From the NCBI GenBank assembly GCA_020184695.1, contig JAANOX010000042.1, forward strand, positions 1 through 64,000: a DNA stretch of 64,000 bases. The letters are read 5' to 3'. The translations under genes were made by a program, and so were the position numbers. Under the pieces are notes generated by a model. The model was given only the letters and a program-made list of their open reading frames with translations. It ran no database searches and was not told the DNA's origin. Origin of the DNA: Histomonas meleagridis 2922-C6/04-290x (taxonomy: Eukaryota; Protista; Parabasalia). Below are positions 10,587-21,542 of this stretch, piece by piece (within the stretch, counting starts at the first letter, position 1; every line of letters starts with the position of its first letter).

Positions 10587-11732
10587 CTAGATTTGCTTTG
10601 CATTACGCCTCCTTTCAAGTCTATTTATGAACCTGGAAAAATCCAATTTTGTACGCAAGAAAATATAAACAGCCACAATAACCAAAAACAAAATGAAAAT
10701 TCCCGTTCCTTTTACGAACGGATTCATTCTCATTGTGTATATATGAATTCTCCGTTTCTCGGGACTTTCCTCTAACACAGCAAACCAATCACTTCCGCCT
10801 GTCACTTTTGTGAAGGCACTTTTTTGAAATGTTTTTGGAACAATTTCTTGATTCAAAACATCAAAATCTTTGTTAAGAATTTGCACTTTCCCATCTCTTG
10901 ATAAAGATACAATATTCTTACCAATCAGAGACATTGATTTAGCATCTGTGTCATGCGTTTGTACTAAAACCCATCCATTATTCGTGTTTTTATATAATAA
11001 AATTTTTGATACATCAAAGAAACTAACAATTACATGCTTTTCATCAAGAAACTGTATGAAAGGTGGATAAGATCGAGCTGTTAGAGGAGGATTATGGGGT
11101 AGTGTAAATGTTGCGATAAGATTTCCTTGATTATTAAAAAAATGCAAAAGAGAATTCCCTTCAACACTACTTGAAATAGTGCATATGTGAGAGCTATTCG
11201 GAGAAACTGCGACTGAAAGACCAAATAAGTTTGTCGAAACTGGCGCATTTAATGCGCGGATTTTGCGACCTTCAATAAGAAGACAATCAGATGAAGAAAG
11301 TGGTGTACAAGCAATAACTAAATTGCCTGATTTAGAAGAAGATAATGTTTCTCCATATGGAATGTTTGGATATGGAAGTTTTTGGAATTCTTCGAATGGT
11401 GGTAATAATTTTAAAATCAACGACCCTGGGTCACCCCATCGGAACGATGATGCTGGAGCAGAAGCAAAGAAACCAGATTGGAATGGTGCGATTGATCTGC
11501 CTAACGAGAAACATGGTCCATCAACAGTCTGTTCTTTTAAAATAAATGAAGGACCAATGTTATAAACGGATAAATTTGGAGGAAATGCAGAAATAGAATC
11601 TGAATTGTATGAAACAGCTAATAAATTATTTGATCCAGAAATTGTTATTGTTGAAGGTTTTGAACTTATTTTGAGTGTATGCATATGTATAATTGGTGTG
11701 GAACTTACCCCATATATGAAAGCAATCAACAT
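10587..11732 (-). CDS. Type I membrane protein with an FG-GAP/WD-like beta-propeller
   Basis: Signal-like MLIAFIYGVSS from ATG 11732; repeats LGRSIA..SAP, YGETLS and FGLSVAVS; C-terminal TM GIFILFLVIVAVYIFL and a short basic tail. Confidence 0.7.
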   Translation of the reverse strand: MLIAFIYGVSSTPIIHMHTLKISSKPSTITISGSNNLLAVSYNSDSISAFPPNLSVYNIGPSFILKEQTVDGPCFSLGRSIAPFQSGFFASAPASSFRWGDPGSLILKLLPPFEEFQKLPYPNIPYGETLSSSKSGNLVIACTPLSSSDCLLIEGRKIRALNAPVSTNLFGLSVAVSPNSSHICTISSSVEGNSLLHFFNNQGNLIATFTLPHNPPLTARSYPPFIQFLDEKHVIVSFFDVSKILLYKNTNNGWVLVQTHDTDAKSMSLIGKNIVSLSRDGKVQILNKDFDVLNQEIVPKTFQKSAFTKVTGGSDWFAVLEESPEKRRIHIYTMRMNPFVKGTGIFILFLVIVAVYIFLRTKLDFSRFINRLERRRNAKQI

Positions 11733-12127
11733 GTTTATTTTGGTCAAACGTTAGCTCAGTACTTTTGCTTATTTTCGTGAAGTGATATTGGTGGTTGAAT
11801 CAAGAATTTTTGCTATAAAATGCAAATGAAAAATAGGAAAAACATTTTTTATCCATGTTTAAAAAAGCTTATTTAAGTATTTTTAACATTATATAACATA
11901 TTATCATGTTATTTCCAAATCATATTTTGTAACATCCTTTTCAAATAGCAATTTAAATTAGTGCATAATTTAGATGTTTTAGAAGGCACTGTATTTTTCG
12001 TATATTTTTTAAGAAATGTGTTAAGTTTTTTGATGATTTTTATTCAGGTTGATGAGAGCTTAACTGTAGATAACCAAAAGTGACAGTGTAAAATTTAATC
12101 CTATAAACGTTCTTCTCAATTTGTCAT

Positions 12128-13345
12128 ATGTCTGAAACTAAAAGAGTTGTTCATTTCTTCGAGCTTCCACCAGAATCATTTCGTGGAAAAATTCCATTTC
12201 CAGTATCACAACTTATAACGCAATTACGAAATTTAAAGGCCGAAAATGTCGAAGGTTTATTTCGTTTGAACGGCTCCGATGTAAAGACAAAAGAGCTCTG
12301 TGAAGCCCTTGACCATGGTCCTGTTGAAGATTGGTCAAAGTATAGTGATGTTCATACAGTTGCTACTGCACTCAAACGATATTTTCGAGCTATGTCACAA
12401 ATTGAGCCATTAATTCCATATGATTGTTTTGACTGTGTTGTAGCAATGATGGCGCTTCGTGATGAAGAAAAAGAAATCGAAGTTTGTAAGTCAATTTTAC
12501 GCATGCTTGATAAGTCACGTTTTAATATACTTGGTTATCTCCTTGATTATCTTTACTTTGTATCAGAGAATTCCTCCAACAACTTCATGACTCCCAACAA
12601 TTTAGCCATATGTCTTGCACCAAATATATGTGTTTCCAATCAAAGCTCCTCACCCAAAATGAACGACTCCTTAGTAGCCAACAGTGCCATAGAATTTATG
12701 ATCAAGAACTACAAGAAGATTTTTACTGATTTTGACATCAACAAAATTGAATATTGCACACAAGAAGATATTCTTGAATGTTTAGCGCCACCGATCAACA
12801 TGAAACATCTTGAGTACCAAATCATGAAATGTAATCTTCGTCGAAACCATACAATCAAATTCCTTCCGACATGCAAATATTCATCATCAGCAAAATATAA
12901 GCGTCCAACTCGTCCTCCGCCACCTAAACCGGACTCAAGCATCCAACAAGTCATGAACATCTTCGATTCGTTCATCATCAAAATGGAACAAACGAAATCG
13001 ACAGTCGCCGGCTTCATCAAAGACGTCCGAAATTCCGTTTCATTGATTGAGCCAATAAACATAAAGGCGCAGCCGCCACCAATAGCAGTCGTGAAGAAGG
13101 ACGTGAAGACTGTATCGCCAGCGAGGCCGCCGCGTGTTACGCCGCCGTGTAACATGAAAAATGCGAATGAGAAACCTCATGAAAATGTAACGAGGCCAAA
13201 GACAAATAGTTCGGCACAAATACAAAAGCCACAACAAATTAAAGAGAAGCAAAAGACAGCGGGTACAACACAACCTATTAATGGACTTGTAATAAGAACT
13301 TATAGAAAAGGGAATAGGAGACCTCCAAAGGCGGCAACTGCGTAA
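12128..13345 (+). CDS. RhoGAP domain protein with Pro-rich C-terminus
   Basis: EGLFRLNG (arginine finger), VATALKRYFR, NFMTPNNLAICLAPN. Confidence 0.95.
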   Translation: MSETKRVVHFFELPPESFRGKIPFPVSQLITQLRNLKAENVEGLFRLNGSDVKTKELCEALDHGPVEDWSKYSDVHTVATALKRYFRAMSQIEPLIPYDCFDCVVAMMALRDEEKEIEVCKSILRMLDKSRFNILGYLLDYLYFVSENSSNNFMTPNNLAICLAPNICVSNQSSSPKMNDSLVANSAIEFMIKNYKKIFTDFDINKIEYCTQEDILECLAPPINMKHLEYQIMKCNLRRNHTIKFLPTCKYSSSAKYKRPTRPPPPKPDSSIQQVMNIFDSFIIKMEQTKSTVAGFIKDVRNSVSLIEPINIKAQPPPIAVVKKDVKTVSPARPPRVTPPCNMKNANEKPHENVTRPKTNSSAQIQKPQQIKEKQKTAGTTQPINGLVIRTYRKGNRRPPKAATA

Positions 13346-13567
13346 ACAAAATAATTTTTTTATTTGAAATATGATGTTTTGAATTCGGTTTGGGTTAAAA
13401 TATTGAATAAAAATAAAAATTGGAAACGTCATTTTGTGCGCATTCCATAAATTGTATGTACATTGTAGAGTCGACAAATAGTAAATTTCATTGAAAAAAA
13501 TTTTTACTTAATAAGATTAATTTAATGATATATAGGCAATTTCTAGAAATCACACAATTACAAACTA

Positions 13568-14035
13568 CTATTTCAAATAATCTTCAAGTGGCAAAAATTT
13601 CTGTTCCTCCATACATGACAACATCCACTTAAAAATATTTTTTGCATCAGAATTGATTCTTTCCATTGCCGAACTTGGGATATTAGTATTAGGACCAAAA
13701 GCATCAACATAAAAAGCAATTTTACCGCGTAAACCTTTTGTAATTATAAAGTGGTTCTGTAGTGCCTCTGGTATACCATAATATTCAGTTAATTTGCTAT
13801 ATACAAGATCACTTAAATTTTTTAAAGAGGAAGAGGCATTACTGTTTCTACCGCCAACTGTTGTAAATGTTTGTTTTCCCCATGGAGTTTGCATCCAATC
13901 TTTTACTTCATCTTTTTTATCTACCGGGACATTGGACATCATAGCGTTTGCAAATTCATCAACTACCAAATAACGTTCATATTCGGCAGGACACATAGCC
14001 ATACACACACAACCATCTCCTTCGGCGTTTATCAT
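13568..14035 (-). CDS. Hypothetical protein (~155 aa)
   Basis: Open frame from ATG 14035 with protein-like composition; no family recognised. Confidence 0.6.
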   Translation of the reverse strand: MINAEGDGCVCMAMCPAEYERYLVVDEFANAMMSNVPVDKKDEVKDWMQTPWGKQTFTTVGGRNSNASSSLKNLSDLVYSKLTEYYGIPEALQNHFIITKGLRGKIAFYVDAFGPNTNIPSSAMERINSDAKNIFKWMLSCMEEQKFLPLEDYLK

Positions 14036-14704
14036 GATAACTACTAAATATTTGCCAGAAAACTGTTTTTTTCTGAACTTTATATATATATATTGATAGA
14101 ATGCTATAAAATAAGTCAATTAAGATGATTAAAACACAAAGAACAGGAAAGACAATATATATAAATTGTAAAGAAGTTTTTTTCCCTTAATGTTTTTTCA
14201 ATGTATTTTTAATGTATTTAAACATTAACCAAAATAACTTCAACAGGGAGAAGATGGGAAATCTTTTGATACTCATGTTGTATTATAATAACATGAACTT
14301 TTTTTCTCCAAAACATTCAAGCTTGTAAAAACATAGGAACTAATCATTAAAACTTCTGTGATAAAAATAAATATTATTCTAGATTTTAACAATTAAAAAA
14401 ATCAAAAAAGTTAAAATCTTCAACATTAATGTTCTTTTATAAGAAAGATCTAACATTGCTTTAAAAAAATATGATATCTAATAGAAACATTTTTTGTTAT
14501 GAATTTTCTATAAAACCTTACAATGTTAAATTTTCTGTTTGTTGTTTTCTTACCAGAGCCAGGCACCAAAGTTACATCACTTGGGGGTTTGTACTGGACT
14601 CAAATAATTATTTCAAATATTGAATTCAGTACTAAAAAATCAAAAATTCAGAGAAGTTAAGTCAATGATATTTTTTATTCAAAAAATCAGACCATTTTTT
14701 CATT

Positions 14705-17700
14705 ATGATTCTTTATATCTTCGCAATATGTATTGCAAAAGAATTTAAATTCTCTACGTCAAGAGGTAAAAAAATTGATTTTAGAATAAATCAATCTAAA
14801 GCAATTAGATCATCAAGAAGAACTTGGGCTTATGTTTATTTTTGGCAACTTCCAAATGTGAATAAACTACGAGAACATAACATAACTCTAAATCCAAATC
14901 AAATGGTATACAAGAACATATACAAACTTTTTTTAATTCCTTCACAAATATCATATCTCAAGAGAAATAATGTTTCCTTTAGACCTCTTCAACCCGAAGA
15001 TAAAATTATTGATTTGGACGAAATTAAGAACTCAACATATTTATATGTTCGTGGTATTTTTGAGCAAGATATTGAAACAACTTTATTTAAAGTCATTTCA
15101 AGGGCAAAAGATTTCATGATTATTGAAACAAATTATCCTGAAGAAACCACTAGATATCTTAGTCAGCTTGAAGAAGTAGAATTCATCTCTAAACATAAAG
15201 AACCAAAACTATTTAATAGTATCTCCTCAGGTTTCACGCAACAAAACAATTTTAATATTACAATTGATTCTTATGGTAATCCATCATTACCACGTTATTT
15301 AGAATCAAAAGGAATTACTGGTAAGAATCAACTTGTTGCATTTTCTGATTCACCCTTAGATTACCACCATACAATGTTCGAAGACCCAAATACAACACTT
15401 AAATTTAATGAGTCAATGTTAAATCATAGAAAAATATATTATTACTTTAACGAATTTTCGGACGAAAAAGAGTTATATAAAAATTTGGTAAATGAATTAC
15501 ATGGAACTCATGTTGCAGGAATAATTGCAGGTGCTGCATCCAATTTTACGAGTAAAATTAATTCATATAATGGAGTTGCACCAGAAGCTAAACTTATTTA
15601 CTTTGGGAATGAAAATACATTTGCCAACAATTTCTTTAATCCTAATACACTTTATCATAAAATGATTTTACCTTTATTTGAGAATAGTAATTTACATGTT
15701 TTCTCAAATTCATGGGGTAATAATGAAGATGGTAATTCACCATATGCTAATTATGGTTATGATTATTTACTTTACAATGATTTTCTTGGTGAGTTTCCTT
15801 TGTTTTTATTTGCAGCGGGTAATGAAGCTGATTCTATAATATCTTATTCAATATGCTATCCATCATCAGCAAAAAATGTTTTTTCAATTGCAGCTGCTGA
15901 TACGCTTTTCTATTTCGAGATATTTGTTACTGATGGAATAAAAGAAATTCCTATTTATTTAAATGTATTATTTGCATCATTAGAAGAAGTAATTACTGAT
16001 AAAGAATTTTACCTTTCTAAAATTGATGATTTTACATTGGCTTCAGGAAGTAAAAAATATATTTTATTTGATTATGAAGTTCTGGTTTTATTTTATAATG
16101 ATAATAAAAAATTTCTAGAACTTCTAAAATCACAAATTCAAAGTTACAATATTTATATGTATATATTTGATATTTCTGCTGAAATTGGAGAAATATTCAT
16201 TGATGATATAAAAATGCTTTTAGGAATAAATACATATATGACAACACTCCAAAATGGTGTTTTAAAAGAAATGACGGGTAAAATATTATCATATGAGAAT
16301 TTCTCTTCATATGTTATGAAGAGTAATTCAAGTATTTCAAGAGCAAGTTATTCTTCATTAGGTCCTTCATATGTTGGTATTATTAAACCCGATATTATGG
16401 CACCAGGATCTTTCATGTATAGCGCAAAATCTGACTCAACACCAACTCAAGATCATGGATCAGATGATTCTGATTATATGAATCATTTAATAAGTGAACA
16501 AGGAACATCAATGGCAACACCAAATGCTGCTGGAGCAGCTGCTCTTATATCTCAATATCTATCAGATGGATATTACTTAAATGAAACAGTTAATGTAAAT
16601 CCGTTGCTTTTGAAATCGATTTTAATTGCATCAGCATCAAGAGCAGATGGAAGTTCAACACCTGATTGCGATACTGGACATGGGCTAATTGATATATCAA
16701 AAGTTTTGCCATTTAATGACACAGATTTTGGTTTAAGATTTACAAAATTATCAAGAATGAGAAAAGGAGAAACACATCATATAGGAGTACTTGAAGTGAA
16801 TAATAATAATGTTCCACTTAAAATTGTATTATGTTCACATGATACTCCACTTGAACCAGATTCATTAATTCCTATATTTTTTGATTTAGATTTAATTGTT
16901 GTTTCTCCTTCGAAAAAAATATATATTGGAAATAATAGGACACAAGATACTGAACATTTAACATTAAATGAAAAAGTTATTATTCCAATTTCAGAAATTG
17001 AAGAAGGAGAATATGAAATTCATGTAATTTTAAATAAATTAAATGAAGAAGAAGTACTTGTGCCATATGTTGTTTGTGCTGTTGGGCCATTTACACAAAA
17101 TGATACTGAATTAAATCCAATTTATATTGAAATGAATGCTACAACAAATTGCTTACCTTTAGAAAATGGAATTTGTGAAAATGGAAGGATGAAATGCAAT
17201 GAAGGATATTCAGGTCAACTTTGTAGAATTCAATTTAATGAATTTCCAAATTATAAATCTGGCTTAATTAATGTAATTCCACCAAATACATTTGTTTATT
17301 TCAAAATTTCACCTCAAGCACAATATGATAAATTACTTATTACAACAATTTGTTTAAATCAAAGTAATACAAGATCCGTAATTTGGGAACTAGGTTCGCC
17401 AGATAATTATATCCCAGTTTTAGCCGAAAATGGGAATTTAATTAATTCTTTCGGAAATAATGGATTTGATGATTTCTTAGAAGTTGATTCAAAACAGGAA
17501 CATTATTTCATGATTTCAAATAATTTTAGAGATGCAACACAATTTATTACTTGTGCATTAAATGCTCCTCATAATGGACCTTTATGTTTCTGTGAAAATA
17601 ATCAATGTACAAAATCAAAGTGTGAATATCAAAATACGTATTCAGATTTAAACTCATTATTTGGACTTTGGAGTTATGTAAACAACAGAACAATTTATAT

Positions 17701-18466
17701 TGATCATTCATATTCAATCAATCCATTATTTATGGTTTATTTCAATATTACATTAAAACTGCTGAATAAAGAAGGACCAAAACATGTAATTACAATATCA
17801 GAACCATCTAAAATTAATGGAATTAAATTAACTGCAAAAGATTTAATTCTTCAGTTAGGAGATATCAAAGAAAGTACACAAACATTTGTTATGTTCGATT
17901 ATTTGAATGTCAAAAATGTAAGTTTTATATCAAATAATCATTATTTATCAGTTCAACATCTTATTACTGATTTTGATTCATATTCAGAATCATTAATAAA
18001 GCCATATGAAGTTAATATTAGTGATACATATAATCCAATTCCTAAGATTAAAATATATAACGATTCGATTAAACTCTTTACAAAAACAAATGAAATGAAG
18101 AAATTTAACTTTGTTAAAGGAATGAATTTTACATTAATAACAAATCGTACTTCTAAATATAATATTAAAATTATTAATGGCGAAAAAGAATCTATTAAAA
18201 TTATGGATAATGTTTCAATTACAATAGTTTTCACTAACACAAATAATTGTAAAATAGAAATTGATGAATCACTTAACAACATGGTTAAAATAATTTCTCT
18301 ATATCTAGAAAAGAGCCTATTATCAAAAGGTGCGATTATTGGAATATCAATTTCTGCTGGGATTGTTGCTATAGTTCTTGTTATTATCATGATAATCGTA
18401 TGCAAAAGAAAGAAAAATTCAAATAACAGTGTAATAGGAGAGCCTTTAAGCCTTCAAAATCTCTAA
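14705..18466 (+). CDS. Membrane-anchored subtilisin-like serine peptidase (S8) with Cys-rich EGF-like segments
   Basis: Signal peptide; triad D (AFSDSPLD), H (LHGTHVAGIIAG), S (GTSMATP); oxyanion FAAGN; Cys-rich modules; C-terminal TM followed by KRKK. Confidence 0.95.
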   Translation: MILYIFAICIAKEFKFSTSRGKKIDFRINQSKAIRSSRRTWAYVYFWQLPNVNKLREHNITLNPNQMVYKNIYKLFLIPSQISYLKRNNVSFRPLQPEDKIIDLDEIKNSTYLYVRGIFEQDIETTLFKVISRAKDFMIIETNYPEETTRYLSQLEEVEFISKHKEPKLFNSISSGFTQQNNFNITIDSYGNPSLPRYLESKGITGKNQLVAFSDSPLDYHHTMFEDPNTTLKFNESMLNHRKIYYYFNEFSDEKELYKNLVNELHGTHVAGIIAGAASNFTSKINSYNGVAPEAKLIYFGNENTFANNFFNPNTLYHKMILPLFENSNLHVFSNSWGNNEDGNSPYANYGYDYLLYNDFLGEFPLFLFAAGNEADSIISYSICYPSSAKNVFSIAAADTLFYFEIFVTDGIKEIPIYLNVLFASLEEVITDKEFYLSKIDDFTLASGSKKYILFDYEVLVLFYNDNKKFLELLKSQIQSYNIYMYIFDISAEIGEIFIDDIKMLLGINTYMTTLQNGVLKEMTGKILSYENFSSYVMKSNSSISRASYSSLGPSYVGIIKPDIMAPGSFMYSAKSDSTPTQDHGSDDSDYMNHLISEQGTSMATPNAAGAAALISQYLSDGYYLNETVNVNPLLLKSILIASASRADGSSTPDCDTGHGLIDISKVLPFNDTDFGLRFTKLSRMRKGETHHIGVLEVNNNNVPLKIVLCSHDTPLEPDSLIPIFFDLDLIVVSPSKKIYIGNNRTQDTEHLTLNEKVIIPISEIEEGEYEIHVILNKLNEEEVLVPYVVCAVGPFTQNDTELNPIYIEMNATTNCLPLENGICENGRMKCNEGYSGQLCRIQFNEFPNYKSGLINVIPPNTFVYFKISPQAQYDKLLITTICLNQSNTRSVIWELGSPDNYIPVLAENGNLINSFGNNGFDDFLEVDSKQEHYFMISNNFRDATQFITCALNAPHNGPLCFCENNQCTKSKCEYQNTYSDLNSLFGLWSYVNNRTIYIDHSYSINPLFMVYFNITLKLLNKEGPKHVITISEPSKINGIKLTAKDLILQLGDIKESTQTFVMFDYLNVKNVSFISNNHYLSVQHLITDFDSYSESLIKPYEVNISDTYNPIPKIKIYNDSIKLFTKTNEMKKFNFVKGMNFTLITNRTSKYNIKIINGEKESIKIMDNVSITIVFTNTNNCKIEIDESLNNMVKIISLYLEKSLLSKGAIIGISISAGIVAIVLVIIMIIVCKRKKNSNNSVIGEPLSLQNL

Positions 18467-18828
18467 ATATCTTGAATAAATATGATATCAAGATTAATCT
18501 TTTATTTTAAAAAACAAATTGTAATTAATTTTTATAATAATGAATGACTATGTTCTATAACATGAATTTGAACGCAAATGAGTTGGGAACAATGAGTGAA
18601 ATTAAAATTGAGTCAACCCTGAAATAGAGTACATTAATCAAGGTAAAATTATCACAATATTTCAAGAATTCATATAAATTTTATCTACAAAATTGGAAAG
18701 GAAACACCAATTTACATAAAGATGGAATATCTAAATTTTTTTCCAAACACAATAATTCACAATTGATTTTTAATTGAAATTTAATGTTTTACTAAAATCC
18801 GTATTAATACATTAATGATTTTGACATA

Positions 18829-20337
18829 TCAATGGCTACTAAAGTATTCCTTTGACTTGTCACCAATTTGTGTATACATCATTAATGTATCCACGTTATA
18901 CAACAACAAGTCAAGATCGAGTAAATCAATCTTAGACTCCAAATAATTTGTTAACAATTCCTCATCGAACAGATTTGGATCTATTTCCAAATCACTCAAC
19001 TCAACCAACACAGCACTCACAAAGAATATCAACATGTTATAAGGATTCGGTGATAACAAAATCGCGGCGATCATTTTTTGTGCCTCATCAAATGTTCGCC
19101 GCATAATGAAAAGTTCCGAAATCGATTTTCTCATGAATTGGAAGTTCGTGATGCATCCTGAAAACTTTTCCATGAAATTCTTCAATTGCGGGAAATGATT
19201 CATTATTTTTTCTTCGATAATAAAGAAAAGATAATAATATAAAGGAAATGAATATCTTTCATTAGTTGCATCCATGTACATACATCGAAAGTTATAAAAT
19301 GACCAAAATATCATCGCTTCTGCTTCATCAGTATTAATTTTATTACCACGAAAATCTAAAATTGTCTTTTTATCAAGTGGTCCGCAAATATAACTTTTAG
19401 TAAAGATTAAGATCAGATTCAAATAATTATCGTTTGGCGCCCATTTTAGATAAAATCTACAGACTATGTGTTAGTGTTTAAATATTAGGGGAAAAATATT
19501 ATCATTTTCCCCCATGTTAAACATACAAGACATAAAAACATTAAAAATGATACGTTTAATCGTATCGGAGTTTATGTGAAAAGTGTCAAGTTTCGATTCA
19601 AGATATTTTGTGAATTTACGAAGAGAATCATCATTGATCCATTGATCTTCAGTAAGGATATTCCATTGCTCTTTAACACGGAGATAACTTGTGGTTAATT
19701 CTTTAGGTTCTCCATATTTTAAAAATAAGGAATTATATAAAATATAAGAATATGACTTAGACGAAAAATCTAGAGAAGAAAATAAAATTCCTTGCTGAAG
19801 CCTAGTAGTTTCTTGATCAATATAATTGAATAAATCTTTGTCTGTAACTGGTTCCTTTTTTGGAATTAAAAATGATATTGAAGATTTATGATCAAAAACT
19901 GATGGATGACAGTGATCAAAATCGAACGAAATTTTTTGCTTCATGACTTGTTGTAATTTCTTTTGATTTGGTGGAATTAGAGAGATATCTCTAATTGTCT
20001 TTTTTTCTTTTGGTCGTTCTACCATTGATATTGTACATTTTGAGGTACCTGGTATTGCATCAATTTTTGCATGTTTCTGAATAAAAGTCATTACAATTGA
20101 TAAAGATAATCTATTGTAGAAACGAATTATTCTGATATCTGATCCCTCAAGCTTTAAAAGTAATTCGCTTTCACTATATTCCATTTGTTTAAATGAAAAC
20201 AATGGATTTGATAAAAAAACGTTTGAATTATCATCAACAAATTCAATAAATGGTTTACCATTGATCTCTTTTATAGACATTGATACCTTGATTATATTTC
20301 CTGGATCAATTTCTAGTTGAACAGGATCAATATCCAT
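18829..20337 (-). CDS. TBC (Rab-GAP)-like protein, two exons (20337-19527 and 19463-18829), 481 aa
   Basis: The two track ORFs are in frame and are joined by a canonical parabasalid intron. The spliced junction reads NVFMS-F-CRFYLKW. TBC-like segments: YLRVKEQW, IFWSF, HFPQL, LIFFVSAVL. Confidence 0.8.
19464..19526 (-). other. 63-nt spliceosomal intron (parabasalid long type)
   Basis: Begins GTATGT and ends ACTAACACATAG (fused branch point and 3' splice site). Its removal deletes the only in-frame stop. Confidence 0.92.
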
Positions 20338-20426
20338 AAAAATGTTGTCTTTTGTAAAGTACTCAATATAAACACCCGTTTACTTTCTAAAGCGAACGTT
20401 AAAATCTTTGGTCGGTGGAACTGTAA

Positions 20427-21542
20427 ATGGAATGCGAAATCTGTCTTCAACAAGTACACACAAGAGTTATTCTACCTTGTGGCCACTCTAACTTTTGTTT
20501 AAAATGCTATGTTAGACTTGTAAAATGTTATAACTCACATATCTGCTACTTTTGCCAAAGAGAAATAAATTCAGAACCAATTGCAACAACTAATATGAAA
20601 ATTAGTTACGACCAGGCCAAATGGAAAGTGACAAAGCATGACAATGAGTTAAATTTAGGATATTTTGAACCACAAATCCAAAATCAAATTAATTCGTTTT
20701 TATGTTTTTCATGTATCAAATGTGATCAAAAATTTTCTAATGTACAAAATCTCGAACAACATGTTAAGCAACATCAATATTCTGTTTGTCAAATTTGTGC
20801 CGCATCAAAACGTTTTCTCCCTTGTGAAACACCTGTTTTTCCAAACAATCAATTTCTTGAGCACATAAGCCATCATCAAAAATGTCCATGTTGTAAATTC
20901 ACAGCATTTGATTCCAAAGATCTTGAAATGCATATGCTTGATAATCATTTTCGATGTGATATTTGTATCAAGCGTAACAAAGTTATTTGGTGTAACACAG
21001 CACAAGACTTAGTACGACATATTGAAAACACGCATTTCGTCTGTCATTATCCCGAATGTTCATCTGATAATTTCATTGCATTTGCAACATATGATGAACT
21101 TCGAAGACATCTTTATGAAGTACATGGCGAACGTACCACAAAAGAGCGCCCTCCGAAAGTTGTTCTTCAAGAAGATGATGAAGATCATCGCGATCAAATC
21201 ATTAGTTTAAACAATCGCTTCATGAACAAACTTCGGATTGTATTTGATGACGAATCGATAATTGACAAGCTAAAGACACAAGCAACATTACTTATACAAA
21301 ACAAAATATCTGTTCGACAATTTTATGAACAATTCTCGGAAATTGCGGGCGATAAGAAAAACGCAATTTTCACTGATATGGTCGCAATATTACCCGACCC
21401 AAAGAAAAGAGGCGAATTGTTGAGGATGCATGAGAACATGTGTACAGTGCCAAAGAATTGTATACCAAAAAGTGAATCATTACCAAATGTGGGACATAAA
21501 CAAAAGAGAAGACAGAAGAAAATGGTAATATCTTTTTGCTGA
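20427..21542 (+). CDS. RING plus C2H2 zinc-finger E3 ligase, ZNF598/Hel2-like
   Basis: N-terminal C3HC4 RING (CEIC...PCGHSNFCLKC), several C2H2 fingers (FRCDIC, HFVCHYPEC) and a C-terminal helical domain. Confidence 0.8.
   Translation: MECEICLQQVHTRVILPCGHSNFCLKCYVRLVKCYNSHICYFCQREINSEPIATTNMKISYDQAKWKVTKHDNELNLGYFEPQIQNQINSFLCFSCIKCDQKFSNVQNLEQHVKQHQYSVCQICAASKRFLPCETPVFPNNQFLEHISHHQKCPCCKFTAFDSKDLEMHMLDNHFRCDICIKRNKVIWCNTAQDLVRHIENTHFVCHYPECSSDNFIAFATYDELRRHLYEVHGERTTKERPPKVVLQEDDEDHRDQIISLNNRFMNKLRIVFDDESIIDKLKTQATLLIQNKISVRQFYEQFSEIAGDKKNAIFTDMVAILPDPKKRGELLRMHENMCTVPKNCIPKSESLPNVGHKQKRRQKKMVISFC

Noticed and set aside
14555-14602. GC-richer patch as a possible snoRNA
   Set aside because: No convincing C/D or H/ACA boxes or terminal stem.
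18233-18244. ACTAACACAAAT as an intron acceptor
   Set aside because: No terminal AG, and it lies within the continuous subtilisin ORF.
19471-19473. In-frame TAA between two ORFs as stop readthrough or TAA=Gln recoding
   Set aside because: The TAA lies inside a canonical intron branch motif, and most genes here use TAA as a true stop.
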